DNA of 63,928 nt, counting the filler, from Cercozoa sp. M6MM (Eukaryota > Protista > Endomyxa: Ascetosporea): NCBI GenBank assembly GCA_040357565.1. It is 4 parts of 4 records of this genome, joined end to end, with 100 filler letters (N's around TTAATTAATTAA, not from the genome) between each part and the next. Parts side by side here need not be neighbours in the genome. Positions count along the whole stretch, not along the records: positions 1 to 23,349 come from JBDODJ010000172.1; positions 23,450 to 53,076 come from JBDODJ010000132.1; 2 more parts are not named here. The stretch is one strand, 5' to 3'. The position numbers were made by a program, and so were the translations under genes. This document shows, one piece after another, positions 12,097-24,570 of this stretch. How positions within the stretch are numbered: position 1 is the first letter of the stretch; every line of letters begins with the position of its first letter. The notes under the pieces were generated by a model. It ran no database searches. It saw only the letters and a program-made list of their open reading frames with translations, and was not told the origin of the DNA.

Positions 12097-13985
12097 ATGA
12101 ACTACATTGGCGGTGGGTCGGATTCTGTAGTAAAGATGTGGCAGATGGGGTGCATGTGTGCCATTGTTATTTTGGGGGAATTTTTGTATTTTACTCGATG
12201 AATTTTAGAGGACGTCAACGCGCTGGTGCTGGACATTGGCACCCAGTGGACGCGCGCAGGTTTTACCGGCGATGTCGAGCCCAAGGTAAGGCCACCGGCA
12301 GCTTAAAAGAGCGGGGGATATTCTGTGAGCATGGTGTGTTTAGGCCAAGGTGTACTCGGCATTGGGCGTCGACTTGGACGACGACCAGCCGTCGCAGCGA
12401 CACCTGGCAGGCGACGAGTTGCACGTGCCGCACAAAGACCTGCGCGTGCTGTCGCCGGTGCAGCACGGTCTCGTGGATGACTGGTACACCCTCTGCCCCT
12501 ACCTTAACCTCTCCTATCCTAGCAATGGGTGTATTGTGTGTGTTGAGGAACAGGGACGCAGTGCAAAGGGTGTGGCGGCATGCTTTTGATGGAGTGTTGA
12601 ATCTCAAGATGCGTGAGCACCCAGTGATGCTAGTCGAGCCGAATCACAACACTAGGTGTGTCATGCACGATGGTGTTAAATGGGAGGGTTGGTATGGAGT
12701 GAGATACACCACAGGGACCGGAGAGAGAAGGCGTGCGAACTGCTCTTCGAAGGCGAAGGAGTGCCGGCAGTGTTCCTGGCCAAAGCAGCCACTTTGGCGA
12801 GTTTCTCTGTCGGTCGACCGACGGCACTGGTGGTCGAGGCCGGTGCCGGTGTGCTCAGTACGACGCCTGTCCAGGTACTTCACCTTGTAAATCTATAAAC
12901 CTAGTATATATCTATGAATATTTATATATATATATATATACTTTGGGTCTACTTCATTGTGTTCTTAGGATGGTTACGTGCTCATGAGCGGCCACAGACA
13001 CACGCGCATGGCCGGCAACTTTCTGGACGAGCGTATGGAGCAGCTGATGTTGCAGGTGTCTTTGAGTAGTCAACCTATACCCACAGGATATACACTCATG
13101 TACATACACACGCCAACAGGACATCCAAGGCAACGAGATCATCCCGGACTACGAAGCTCATGGCGATGTGTACTGCTTGCTTTCTCCATCTGTCTGTCTG
13201 TATGTAGGTATGGTATGTTTACGCCCATGTTTAAACAGTGTGTCTGGCATCACGTCGTCCTACCGCCGCTTCTGGCAGAACGACGTGATTCGCGATGCCA
13301 AGGAGGCTTTGTGTCAGGTGTCTCTCACGCCACTGTCGCAGGGACAACCCGGCGATCTCAAGACGGCGAAATACGAGCTGTGCCACCTCTGCTCTCACTC
13401 GGTCTGAGTGATGATTTGTATTGCTTGCTTTCGTTCAGTCCGGACGGCCAGACGTTGTCGTGGGCTCAGAAGAGAACACAGGTGCCGGAACTGTTCTTCA
13501 CCGGCGCCGATATTGAGAACGACCTGGAGGCCGACTTTGAGTTCACTGGAATTGGCGGTATGATGAATGAATCCATCCGCGCGGTCGATGTCGACGTGCA
13601 ACGTGACCTGTACTCCTCTGTCGTGCTGGCCGGTGGCTGCACTGACTTGGTATCTTTCTGTGTTCGATTGTTTCATTTGAAACTAGCTGTACTCGTTGTG
13701 CTTTTGGACAGGATAACTTTGCGGAACGCCTGTCGTCGGAGCTGTTGAGAATCGCTCCTGGCTCGGCCAAAATCAAGGTACTCGAGAACACGGAGGTGTT
13801 CCATTTTGTCCACGCATGTTTCTATCTGCTAGGTGGTGGCGCCGAGTGCCGGCTTGCCTGCCTGCAATGCCGCTTGGATCGGTGGCAGCATCCTGTCCTC
13901 GCTCGGCACCTTCCAGCAACTCTGGTTCTCCAAGCAAGAGTATGAGGAGCACGGCGCGCAGTACATTAAGCGCAAATGCCCTTGA
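12097..13985 (+). CDS. ARP4: Nuclear actin-related protein 4 (ACTL6/BAF53)
   Basis: MNYIGG|[11 protein letters not shown]...[19 protein letters not shown] and [28 protein letters not shown]...RKCP*. Confidence 0.93.
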
Positions 13986-14217
13986 TTGGCTTTGACGCGA
14001 CTGATTTGACGCGAGACATGTACACCTGGCGCTGGCACGTGCAGCTTCCGTTCAGTCACTTTCGTTAATTTTTTCCAGGTAGTGGGTCCAAACCGACTGA
14101 AAAGAAGTGCTGTACCGTACCGCTACGTACGATGGCTATCAACAACTAGACTTATAGGCGGTAGCTACTGGCGTGGCGTGCGGTACAGTAACCGCGCTGA
14201 AGTTTGGTAAACAATAG

Positions 14218-14422
14218 ACCGAGAAGGACAAGCCCGCTACCTGCACCAACCATGAAGTCGACTTCGGTGTCTGGGGAACGTCAAAAGGGGAGTTGTATGG
14301 TCCTACCCTAAGCGGGCGGTAAACACGGCCATGCTCTTGTGACCCACCCCAGACTGGTGCAGGGGAACTACATAGTTGGTTTCCTAGAAGACTCAACTAA
14401 CTAACTAACCGAGAAGGACAAG
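14218..14422 (+). mobile_element. SINE-like / 5'-truncated non-LTR retroposon copy A with 15-bp target-site duplication
   Basis: ACCGAGAAGGACAAG occurs at 14218-14232 and 14408-14422, flanking a 175-nt insert that ends in a stem-loop plus (AACT)n. Homologous copies lie elsewhere in the window. Confidence 0.7.
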
Positions 14423-15536
14423 TCATGGCGGGCAGGCTTCGCTATCTGGTGAGTCGTGTGACGTCACGGTGAACGTGTCGACCGCGCTGGGCAGCTCTGA
14501 GGCCGTGGCACTACCGGTTCCGCCGACACTGGACGCCGATCTGGACCGTCCACGGCGTACTCGCTCGTGCTCAACCGAGGTGCCAATGTGCTCGATGGTG
14601 TGCTCGCTGGGAATATACCTCCTGCCGCCGCCGGGAGAGGCGAAAGAGTCGAGAGCGTAGGCGTCCAAATCGTCGTTGTTTTCGCAGTCGTCTCCAGGCA
14701 GTCCTCGCTCCTTTCGCGCACTCCAGTACAGTGCAAACGAGTCCTTCTGTCAAGCACAGTTTCTTTTTCCACTCAGGCAGAAACACCAACAGAGTAGATG
14801 TAAAGCACCTGTTCCATTACGAGCGTGCGGTCTCTTTCACGGATCGCTCGGCGAGCGCTTTCCTTTTCAGACATAAACAATGCAAAGCAAAGAATTAAAC
14901 TAAGGGAGAAGAAGAAAGGTACCTGCGCTTGGCGTGCTTCTTGCTCGCGTCGTCTTCTCGCCAACTCACGCGCAATGTTATCCTGTCAAAATGGGCCAGT
15001 TTGTTAACAATTGAAACTAAACAAGAAACTTCACAAAATACCCTGGCTTCGTCTTGTTCGGGAGTTGAAGTGCCCAGCCAGTGCGACATCTGCCGCAGAG
15101 CAGTCGTAGATACTGCAGAAAAAGAGAACAAAAAATGCAACTCTGACTTTAGTTTGACAAAAGTGAAAAGGTCGTACGATCAGCGACTTGCTCTCCAGCC
15201 CACCAGGCACTCGACACAATCCATGTGCCCACCACTGTGCTTGTACTAAACTAAACTCAAGCAAGCAAAGAGCAGACAAACTGTACCACTGGCGCTGTCC
15301 TGCACATTGCCAAGAATCGCATCGAGTTGCGATGCATCCTCCGACTCGCTGCGCCTTCTGCGCGGCGGAGGATATTCAATTTCGTCTTGCATTGTGGCGT
15401 TTGCTCGCCTGCCGCAGCAACAGCCAAGATGAACTCTCAATAAGACCGAAAACGCAAAAACACACACGCAAAGCACCGATAACTGGATTCCCCCAAAAAC
15501 GCACCTATCGCCAGATGGCCCGCTATCGAGCTCCAT
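14423..15536 (-). CDS. Hypothetical protein (multi-exon, low complexity)
   Basis: Series of exon-like ORF segments bounded by GT-AG; no family recognised. Confidence 0.45.
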
Positions 15537-15804
15537 ACTGGAACGTCTGAGTTGATGTTAAGGCAATCAAGCAACTCGTGTCCCAATAAGCACTCAAAAC
15601 GGATCAGAGTTTCAGATTTATTTTCGGTTCCTGCCTTTTTCTTGCTGCGTTTTTACCAGGTAGATGATGCTAAACTCACAACTGCACAAATTGTTGGTCT
15701 TTTCTATTCAACTAGAGTGCTAAAATAGTGCATGAAACCAGGTAAAACAAGGAATGCTCGACAGCTGATAGTGTGATGCCAAAAACCCAAGAGCCGATTT
15801 CAGA

Positions 15805-17386
15805 ATGGTGTATTCTACTGCACACCTGGTGCCGCAACGGTGTGCATATCGCAGTGTGGATCTACTGCAACACTGTGCGTTAATTTATCGCGACAGAAGC
15901 AAAAAGATTGACCACTTGGGTGCTTTGTTCAGGCGATGTCGCATCTGCCCGCCTTCGAGCGCGATGCCTGGCAGGAGGTCATACGCGAGCGCGACTCCCT
16001 GCGTTCGTTGCTTCACGATCGTGAGAAGGAGATCCAGCGACTGCAGGACTCATGTACGTTGTTATCACTCTGTAAAGTTGTAACTCTACAAAGTTGAGTC
16101 GAGTTTGAGTTGAGTTGAGTGTTGCTGCAGTGCGTGCTCGCGAGAGCAGTCCAAAGAAGTACGAAGAAGAGGAAGAGGAAAGCGGCGAAACTGGAACGCC
16201 GTTGCCGCTGCTGCGCCAGCGCGACACTTTCCAACGCGCCGTGATCGAAAAGCTGCGCGTCAAGAACCTCGCGTACAAGCAGTCGCTGCTGGGCTACGAC
16301 CGACTCAAGAAGCAGCTCGAAGCCAAGCTTCGCGACGCCGAGCAGGAACTTCAGAAAGCAAAGTTGCATCACGTGCAGCAACTCAGCAAACTTGAGGAGG
16401 TACTGTCTGTGTCTGCGTGTATGTACATCTGTGCTGTTTGCTGTTTCGGGTCACAGACTGATGGACGCTTATTACTGGTGCGCAGGAACACCAGGTCGCA
16501 CTCGAAGACAGCGAGACACTGCTGCGCGAGGCGCGTGTGCAAGTCGAGCAGCAGGACAGCGAGATAGCCGAGCAGCGCCAGACGATCAAGCAGCAAAGAG
16601 AAAGACTCCAGGAGCAGGAGGCCGAGTTGAGTCAGCAGCGCGAGTCGCTCGCCAAGCGGCGAGAAGAAGTGAGCGAACTCAACGCGCTCGTGCAGCAGCT
16701 GCGACTGCAGGCGGCGCAAGCTGCCAAAGGCAACGCCGCCGAGGCCAAGCTTGTGCAGCAGCACGCCTCTCGAGTCTCGCAGCTGCAGACGCAACTCGTC
16801 GAACGCGACGAGCAGCTCACCCGACATCGACAGGAAGCGGCGCAGCTGCGCGCCGAACTCGCCGACTGCCAGAGCACAGTCGAACGACTCGGCGACGAGA
16901 ACCGCGAGCAGCGCGAGTGGGAACTCCAGCTGCAGCAGGAGACCTCGCGTATGCAGGCGCAGCTGAGTCAGCAAGCACTGCAACTCACGCAACACCAGCA
17001 GCAACACGCCGAGCTGCAGCAGGCTCTCGCCGACGCCGAGTCGCAGGCACGCACGGCACTCGAGAAACACCGCCGCACGCACGAAACCAACCTCGAACTA
17101 ATGGAGCAGGTGCACGAGATGCAGGAAGAGGTGCGTGCCACGCAGGAGACGCATGCCACGTGGCGCGACAATGCCGAAACCGCCGTCAAACACTCCGACC
17201 GCGCTCGTGCCTTGCTCGAGTCTGTCTTGGGTGCACTTTCTTCTGAATATCTGCTGTTGTGCACTCTGGGATTCTGTGGTGTGAGACAGACGATGCTGCT
17301 GCTGATGCCGAAGACGCGTTGGAGGTCTCTCTTGAAACGGCAGCGAAAACTGCTTCTAGCATACTGGTACTTGTTGAAGTACAGTG

Positions 17387-17422
<36 letters not shown>

Positions 17423-17934
17423 AGATATAGAGATATTGGGGTTTTCTGCAGGCGCAGCTGCGTGAGCGTGACAAAGCCGGTAGCGAGACTGCCGCCAGCA
17501 CGAGCAACCGGAGTGCAGGCATGCGGAGTGACCTCTCGCATCGGAGCAGTCCACTCGGCACGCCGCGTCGCATCTCACTCTCGACGCATCGGCACACGCC
17601 GCGCAGTGTACCAGCTCGCTACGCCACACGTCGCGTCGACTTCGACGACGACCTGGAGGGACTCGAGGGCTTCGAGCCCGCCTTCACGCCCAGTGACGAC
17701 GAGGCTGCGCAGTCCAACGCTGGCGACAGCTACTACGGCGACGCCGACGGCACTGCCGGTGCTGTTGGTGCCATTGCACAGCAGCCAAGACCAAACGCTC
17801 CCGTTCCTGTTGGTCAGAGCCTGCGCGACTCGGCAAGTGCGTGTACGGAGACGGGTGGCTCGAAAAACCGCTCGCCGTCCCACGACATCGACGAACTTAG
17901 CTTCCCGTCTTCGCCGCTGCTTAAATTTCAGTAG
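15805..17934 (+). CDS. Long coiled-coil protein (Q/E/R-rich)
   Basis: Heptad-rich exons at 16115-16399 and 16486-17220; disordered acidic tail to the stop at 17934; start uncertain. Confidence 0.7.
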
Positions 17935-18125
17935 TTTGCGTCGCTTGCGGCTGCTACTGGTACCTATGTACCTATGCTTCCTTACACGACATTTCAAGTT
18001 ACTGTAAATAGCCTTTACACCCACGTCAGTATCTTACCACCTGACTGCGCTGCCAGTGTTTTCATTCCAGAAATTAGTGTATTAGCATTGGCAGTCAGGC
18101 GGTACGGTAGGTCTCGTCTACTACG

Positions 18126-21100
18126 CTATTCTCGCATCCAGCTCGCCATTGATTGAGACTGAGAACGCGAGCCGTGCACTCCACCCTGCGGTTGAGGTGA
18201 GTCCACTTTCACCTGGTCGCTCGAGTCGTTGTCGTCGTTTTCGCCAAAGTCAAAGATATCGAATGCGTCGTCTTTCGTGCGACCGATGCTCAGATCGCGT
18301 TGTCGTGGAGCGCTCTTTTGCAACGGAGCGAAACCTTCTTCCGTTTTACTCTGGTTTTGTTGCTCTTGCGAAGAAGGTTCACTCACGATGGCAGCAAAGA
18401 TGTCGTCGGCATGAGCTGCCTTGACGACAGGAGACTCGCGCTGTCGTGGTGCGTAGTTACGTTGTACGGGTACAACAGCGACGTTTCGGCGTGCAGGGGA
18501 TTGAGAAGGAAGCATTTCAAACCTTCAGTCACATTCGTCAAAACAGCTGTGAAAGCCAATCAGAGAGGTTTGTTGTACCTTGTCAGAGTAGAACCTTTGT
18601 CGTTGTTGAGTACTTGAGCGAACCAGGCGCTCACGCCGTCGAGACTGAGTGCAAGGCCCTCGGAATTCTCCAAAGCTGCTGCCATCTCTTCTTCATTCTC
18701 GTTGTTCAACTTTTGCGCGAGATGCTGCTGCCATTTTCGTTGTGAGGCAGCGGCGTAGTCGGTCCAGTTGGAACCGTTCGCATTGCCGCCGCCACTCGCT
18801 GTTCCAAACACGTTCTTGCTGAAACCGTCACTGTCAACGCTGTTGTCGTCAGAGGAAACGTCTGTCATCTTCATGCGTTCGCAGGCCTCCCGAAGCACTT
18901 CATCGTGCTCTCCCTGATTGCGCACAACAGGTACACCCTGCCCTTTCACAACACAGCTCTCATGTGTACCTGATTCACAGCGGCGAGCCATGCCGCTCGG
19001 CGCAACAGCACGTACTTTTCGAGTTCGGGTGCGCAGTCACGTGAGTTTTCGCTGACATGTCGCGCCAGCTGCAGCGCGCGTCGCCAGTCACCTGCTCGCA
19101 CGCGTGCTCTCACTGCGAGCCAACCGAAGGAGTCGAAAGTTTCGTCGTCTTGCATTTGCAGAAGCACGCGCTCGCTCTCAGCTGTTGAGACGGATCGTTC
19201 GCCGCGTGTGTTGCTCATGACCGCCCGTGCTGCGTCAGGCGAGTTGCGGAGTGCTTGCAACTCTGCCTGTGTCTCCTGCAGCAACAGCATTTCGGCGAAA
19301 CAGCGCGCTTTCGATAAGGCCGTTCGCACGATGTTCTGTTGTTTGAATTCAGTCGCGTAGGCGAGTAGCACGTGCCACAATGGCGTAGTTGCTGCCACCT
19401 GCGCAGTCGACTTGCCGTTGGAGGTGACAAAGCAGAGGTTGCTCGCTGCCTGCCAATCTTGCGTGCCTATCAGGTGCTGTAGACACGCGACATTGCTTAG
19501 TTCGGGAAGGCACGCCGTGAAGACGGTTGCTATAACAGACATCGTTCACATCAAACGCAAAGCAGGAAAAGTGTCTGCACCATCACAACGGTGTTGTTTC
19601 CATTCGATCAAGTTCTTGGCAGCGCGTACAAGCACAGGTGCGACAGTGGCTGTTGCGTCGCTTTTCAGCATCGCTGAGGAGAAGCCTGCCACGGAACTTC
19701 GCAGCTGTTGCTGCAAGCGCACGCCTCGTTTGGTCCCCGTTGGAAGTGAAGATTGGAAGAACACTCGTGGACACAAAATACACTCAAGTAGAACGTGCGC
19801 AGAATCGTCCGCTTTGATGGCAAGTAGAACCTCTGCCTCCGGATGCCACATAGCGTGACTGACCTTACTTTCGACCAGCTGCATTCCACGCTTTCCTGCA
19901 TGAGCAGCGAGAAGACCAACGTCTAGCAAGTACAACGCGCCTCCTTCGGTGATGGCCGCAGCTTGTCGACGGCCGCTCAAGAGACAACACTGCGACAACG
20001 TCACCTCTCGCCAAGTGCTTTGCTCGATTCGACACTGCGAGATCTGTTGCCCACTAACCGTGTCGAAAAAGAGAAGCACGTGGGAATCAGCGGGCGACAT
20101 CAGCGCTATCACGTCGCTGGAGCAACTCAGCATTCGCTTGTCAAACACAGGCGATGCCAACACGTTCCACTCGCAGGGAACCTGCAGAGACGACCGATGT
20201 CTGCCGTCGAAACTGTATACTTGAACACTGCGTTGTAGAGCACTCTCTAGCGGTGCCGAAAAGTTTCGATTGGCCGTGCCATGCAAGGCATGATCCACCA
20301 CAAAGACAACGAGCTGGTTGGACCAACGACCGTTTTGGAAAGAACCCGTCACCCGTATGTCTCGCACACGTCCTTGCATCTTGATTGTACGGTGACTGTG
20401 GACGAGGGAAGAGGCTGTTTCTGAATGGTTTTCGCGAGAGGCTACTTCCACGAAGTGAACCTCGCCATGCGATGTGGCAGCAATGACGAGATTGCCGTGT
20501 GCACCCAGTGCAGTGCAAGCACCATTGAGACTCAAGGTTTCGCTTCTGTCGAACTGAGGTGCCGCTGACTGATCCTTCAGGACAAGATCATCGCGCAAAT
20601 CGACGTTAGTCATTCGTTCTCCAATACGCTGTCGGTGAGTGCTCAAGATTCCAGCGTTTGTGTCGCGGATCGAAGCTTTGGTTTGTCCCTGCAGGCAGAA
20701 CGCACCAGGGACCGGAAGCTTCACGAAGCCGGCATGGTGCTTGCCGAACAAATGCACGAGATTCTGCGTGAGGGAAACTGCTGTGCAACCCCAGCTTTCA
20801 ATAGGGAAGCGAGCGAATTCGTCACAAATGGAAGACACATGGAAAGCCGGCATATCGCTGCCATGGGTTTCGAGTTCGGTCAAGTTGGACGCGTCGCTGT
20901 CCCAACGCAGTTCGCCGATTTCGCTTAGTGCCACAACTGCACTGAAGGCGCAAACTAGCAGCACGCTTCCGTCGTAAGACCATGCCAAAGTTTCGATCGC
21001 GCAGTCTCGTCCAGTCTCATCGCACTTGTGGAGCAACTCTCCTGTATGAGAGTACAGAAACACACTACCGTTGTCTGTTCCCACCGCGAGTTTAGACGAA

Positions 21101-21819
21101 CAAGGACTCCACGACACAGCAGTCACGTCGAGTGTTTTACTGTCACTTGAACTGCTATTGACAGGCACCTTCCAGCATCTCGGACCTGCGAGAGTGCTGC
21201 CGTAGTCCGAGGAGACTGTTCGATCGAGTGGCCACGGTAGCACAGTGACATGCTCGCCGTGGGCGAAAGCGACTTTCTCAAAGTCGTTCGATACTTGCAC
21301 ATCTAGGATAGGCGCGGATGAGCGAACAATAGCCGAGTTGCGTAGCTGTCCGGTCAGACTCCAAAGGCTCGCAGTGCCGTCCTCACAGCACACGATGACA
21401 CCGCCGCTGCTGCCTGGTACAACTGCGAGTGCTGTGACTGCGGCATGGTGTGCTTTCCACGATTGCACGAGTGTCACGTGAGGTGACGCTATCTGTAACA
21501 CGTGCACAAAGCCGCTGCCATCACCGACAACCGCTCCTGCCACACCGACTGACTGACTCGTCTGAGCACTTGCCCAGATCACACCTGCTGTCGCCAGTCG
21601 AGGCAGTAGACTGTTTTGCACATTTGGAGTGCTTGCTCTTGGCGAAGAAGCAGTCGTTTGCGATGCTCCGTCATTCTTCCCGAAGAAACAAAGCTGCGTA
21701 GCACGCACATCGCTATCTTCGTCCGAATGCTCAATTGCTTCAATCCCACCTTCTCGAAGCACCAAGCAAAACCCGTGACCTGACCCGGTAGCTGCCAGGG
21801 CGCTGCGGTTTGGGACCAT
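18126..21819 (-). CDS. IFT80: Intraflagellar transport protein 80-like (WD40 propellers plus helical C-terminus), divergent, with probable acidic C-terminal extension
   Basis: WD repeats (WKAHHAAVT, AVSWSP, LAWSYDG, MWHP), then QDWQAASNLC...LWHVLLAYA and DWRRALQLA resembling the IFT80 C-terminus. A 51-nt GT-AG intron removes the TGA at 19546. Confidence 0.7.
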
Positions 21820-22085
21820 GATTTAAAACAGATGCCAATGCGACGCATTAGAGTCGAATCGAAGATTTATTCAGTTCTAACTTTTTTGTATTTTCTTGAA
21901 TGCCCGCCCAGTACAGAAAAAACCAACCGACGCGACTTCCGCGTTTGTATCTTACGATAACCGTAAACACTGCATAACTATGCTGCAGTACCCCACCAGT
22001 TTTTACATATTTAAAAAATAAACGCCCCGATTCGGTTATTGTAATCGAATCAATCTGGGGGATACCCGCCATTCGGTTGATTCGA

Positions 22086-23226
22086 TTACATTAAAGCCCA
22101 CTCATCGGTTGGTGTCCTGCCGATACTAGGAGCCGGAGTCTCTCCTTCGGTTTTCCTGTCGGCCCGAGTGGTGGTGGACGTCATGTTGCAGATATCGTCA
22201 TCGTCCAAAGCAGTGACTCCGAGCTCCTGCTCAGTCATGACAGTGCTCGACATGAACTCGTCAAAGTCAGGCGGCCGCTCGTCAGCTACCGACCAGAGCG
22301 GCGACTCTGAAGTCTTGGCTACAGGCACACACACACACACACACACCAATGGCTCGAGGAGCTAGAATCAGCACAGCGTGGAAAGTGTACACAGTGTCGA
22401 TGCAAAGTTCCAGAACTGTTCGAACTCGGTGCCGTTGCTGATGTAGAAGGCGATCGCCAACGACTACTCACGGGGGGGGGGGGGGTAAATTTACACAAGC
22501 AACAAATAGAGACACAAAGGACACAAAGAGACAGAGTGTACCGGGTCAATGTCGCGCACATCGACGGAGCGCACGCGCGAGCAGTGGTAGCTCCGGTTGC
22601 TCGAACTGCGCAGCAGCGTGAAGTCGTGCAGCGGGTCCACGGCCGACTGCACCGTGTGTGGGTCGAGGTACACGAGTCGCGTGTCCTGGTACCCGACAAA
22701 GTAGAGCGAGCGGCCGGGCTTGCCGCCCATGATGCCGACCGACTGCGGCTGCTGCAGGCACGTCAGCAGGTCCTGCACGTGCGCCTCGTTCAGCTCGTCG
22801 AGACCCAGACGCAGCGGGATCAGCAGGATGCACGCCTTGAAGGGTGACAGCGGCACCACCGCTCTGTACCCCCATGCACACACACACATACACGTACAGA
22901 TGAAAGATAAAAGCAGTGGTACCCCCGGTCACGGCGTCTACTCTGCACGTCGCGTGCCGCCTCCTGCTGCGTGCTTCCGCGCGGACCGGCAGTGTCATCG
23001 GTTCGCGTGGGTTCCTGCCGCCGTGCGAACAGGTCGCGCACGCGTGCCTCGTCGAGAGCATCGTCATCGAGATCATCGACGGCCAAAGGGTCCAAGGCGG
23101 TCTGCTCATCGACTTGTGTGCTGTCGTGACTGTCGTTGCTGCCAGAGTTGTCCGACTCTGACGTCACTTCGACCGGTTCATTGTCCGGCACAAGAACGGC
23201 GTCCTCCTCGGCTGCTGCCAGGTCAC
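22086..23226 (-). CDS. ATG4: Autophagy cysteine protease ATG4, 5'-partial at contig end
   Basis: LLIPLRLG, PQSVGIMGGKPGRSLYFVG, YLDPH, SYHC and IDP|SLAIAFY motifs. Confidence 0.92.
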
Positions 23227-23302
23227 CTGTAGCCACACCGTTCAGTCAGTACACAGACAAACACACAGACACAGACACAGACACAGACACAGACACACGC
23301 AC

Positions 23303-23349
<47 letters not shown>

Positions 23350-23449
23350 NNNNNNNNNNNNNNNNNNNNNNNNNNNNNNNNNNNNNNNNNNNNTTAATTA
23401 ATTAANNNNNNNNNNNNNNNNNNNNNNNNNNNNNNNNNNNNNNNNNNNN
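23350..23449. other. Artificial contig-join spacer
   Basis: N44-TTAATTAATTAA-N44, with stops in all six frames. Confidence 0.95.
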
Positions 23450-24351
23450 GTGCCATTCGATGGCGAACGCAGCGACAAGTGGAAGCTGCTGGGCTTTCAG
23501 GGACGCGACCCGACCACGGACTTCCGCGGCATGGGCGAGATGGCGCTGCGCTGCCTCCTGTACCTCGGCGAGCGGCACCCCGAGATCGCGCGTCGTCTGA
23601 TCCAGGGCCAGCGGCAGGAGCGACGTGACTACCCGTTTGCTGCGGCCTTTATGAACCTAGGTACTGTGTCCATTGCCTCGCTACCTCATACATCTGCTTT
23701 TTACTCTTGTTGTGACAGTGGCACTGGTGGCAGAACTCGGTGGCATCAGTTTGGGTATCACCCCTCCCCGCACGATACCTTGCAATGTCTCAGTCGTCGC
23801 ACTTACTGACAGATCGCAAACCGTCACCGTGTGTCGTTGACCACGGCTGTGGCTTGCTGTGTGCGCGGCGGCACCGTGTCGTGCCTGGTAGTTACCTTGT
23901 GTCACAGGAAGCAGGAAGGTGTTTGTTTCGAACTTGAGTACACCTGCACAGTAAATATGGATGAGTCGATGTGGTGCTCGCCAGTGTACCGACTGATGGC
24001 GAGGTGCGATCCCGACGAGCACGTCTTTCAGGAGGTAGGCTGTGTCCTTTTCAATCCACTATATGTTGGTGTCATTGTGTATCTGTCTTCGGTTTTACAG
24101 ATGCTGTGTGCCATCGCAATCGCTCTTGACAACGCGTGGGTGCGACTTGGCGCCAAGTACATGGTACGTGTCAGTTCTTACTGTGCTCTATTAGACCCAC
24201 CGCGTGTACGTCGGTTGTGGGGTGGCAGGACTTCCCGCAGGTGAAGCAGCGTCTGCGCTCGCGACTCGAGCACTGGCTTGCGTGTGTGCCCGTGTCGGCG
24301 GCGCAGTTGTGCGCCTGGATAATCGACGATGACAAGATCTGGCGCCTCTAG
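23450..24351 (+). CDS. ELMO-domain protein (ELMOD family), 5'-partial
   Basis: WKLLGFQGRDPTTDFRGMG, YPFAAAFMNL and W...AKYM|DFPQV motifs. Confidence 0.9.
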
Positions 24352-24570
24352 TCGAGTCGGTTCCGTCCCGAGTCCCGACTTTTTCTTCTTCCGTTCAATT
24401 CACCCCGTTTACCGCACGTCCCGTCACGGACAATTAACTGACTGAGCGGAGCGTAGTGTAATTTAAACGTAAGCGAAATACTGAGCCATCACCGCATACG
24501 ATCGTGATCGGATCCGCGCGGATCGGATGCAAGATGACCAGCGTGCGCGGGTCGCTAAAATTTCGCTGCG

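Noticed and set aside
19531-19581. In-frame TGA in IFT80 suggesting readthrough, selenocysteine or an alternative code
   Set aside because: It lies in a 51-nt GT-AG intron, and all three stop codons end conserved genes elsewhere.
23394-23405. TTAATTAATTAA within N-runs (also 53121 and 59985) as a biological motif
   Set aside because: Identical 100-nt construct each time; an artificial six-frame-stop linker.
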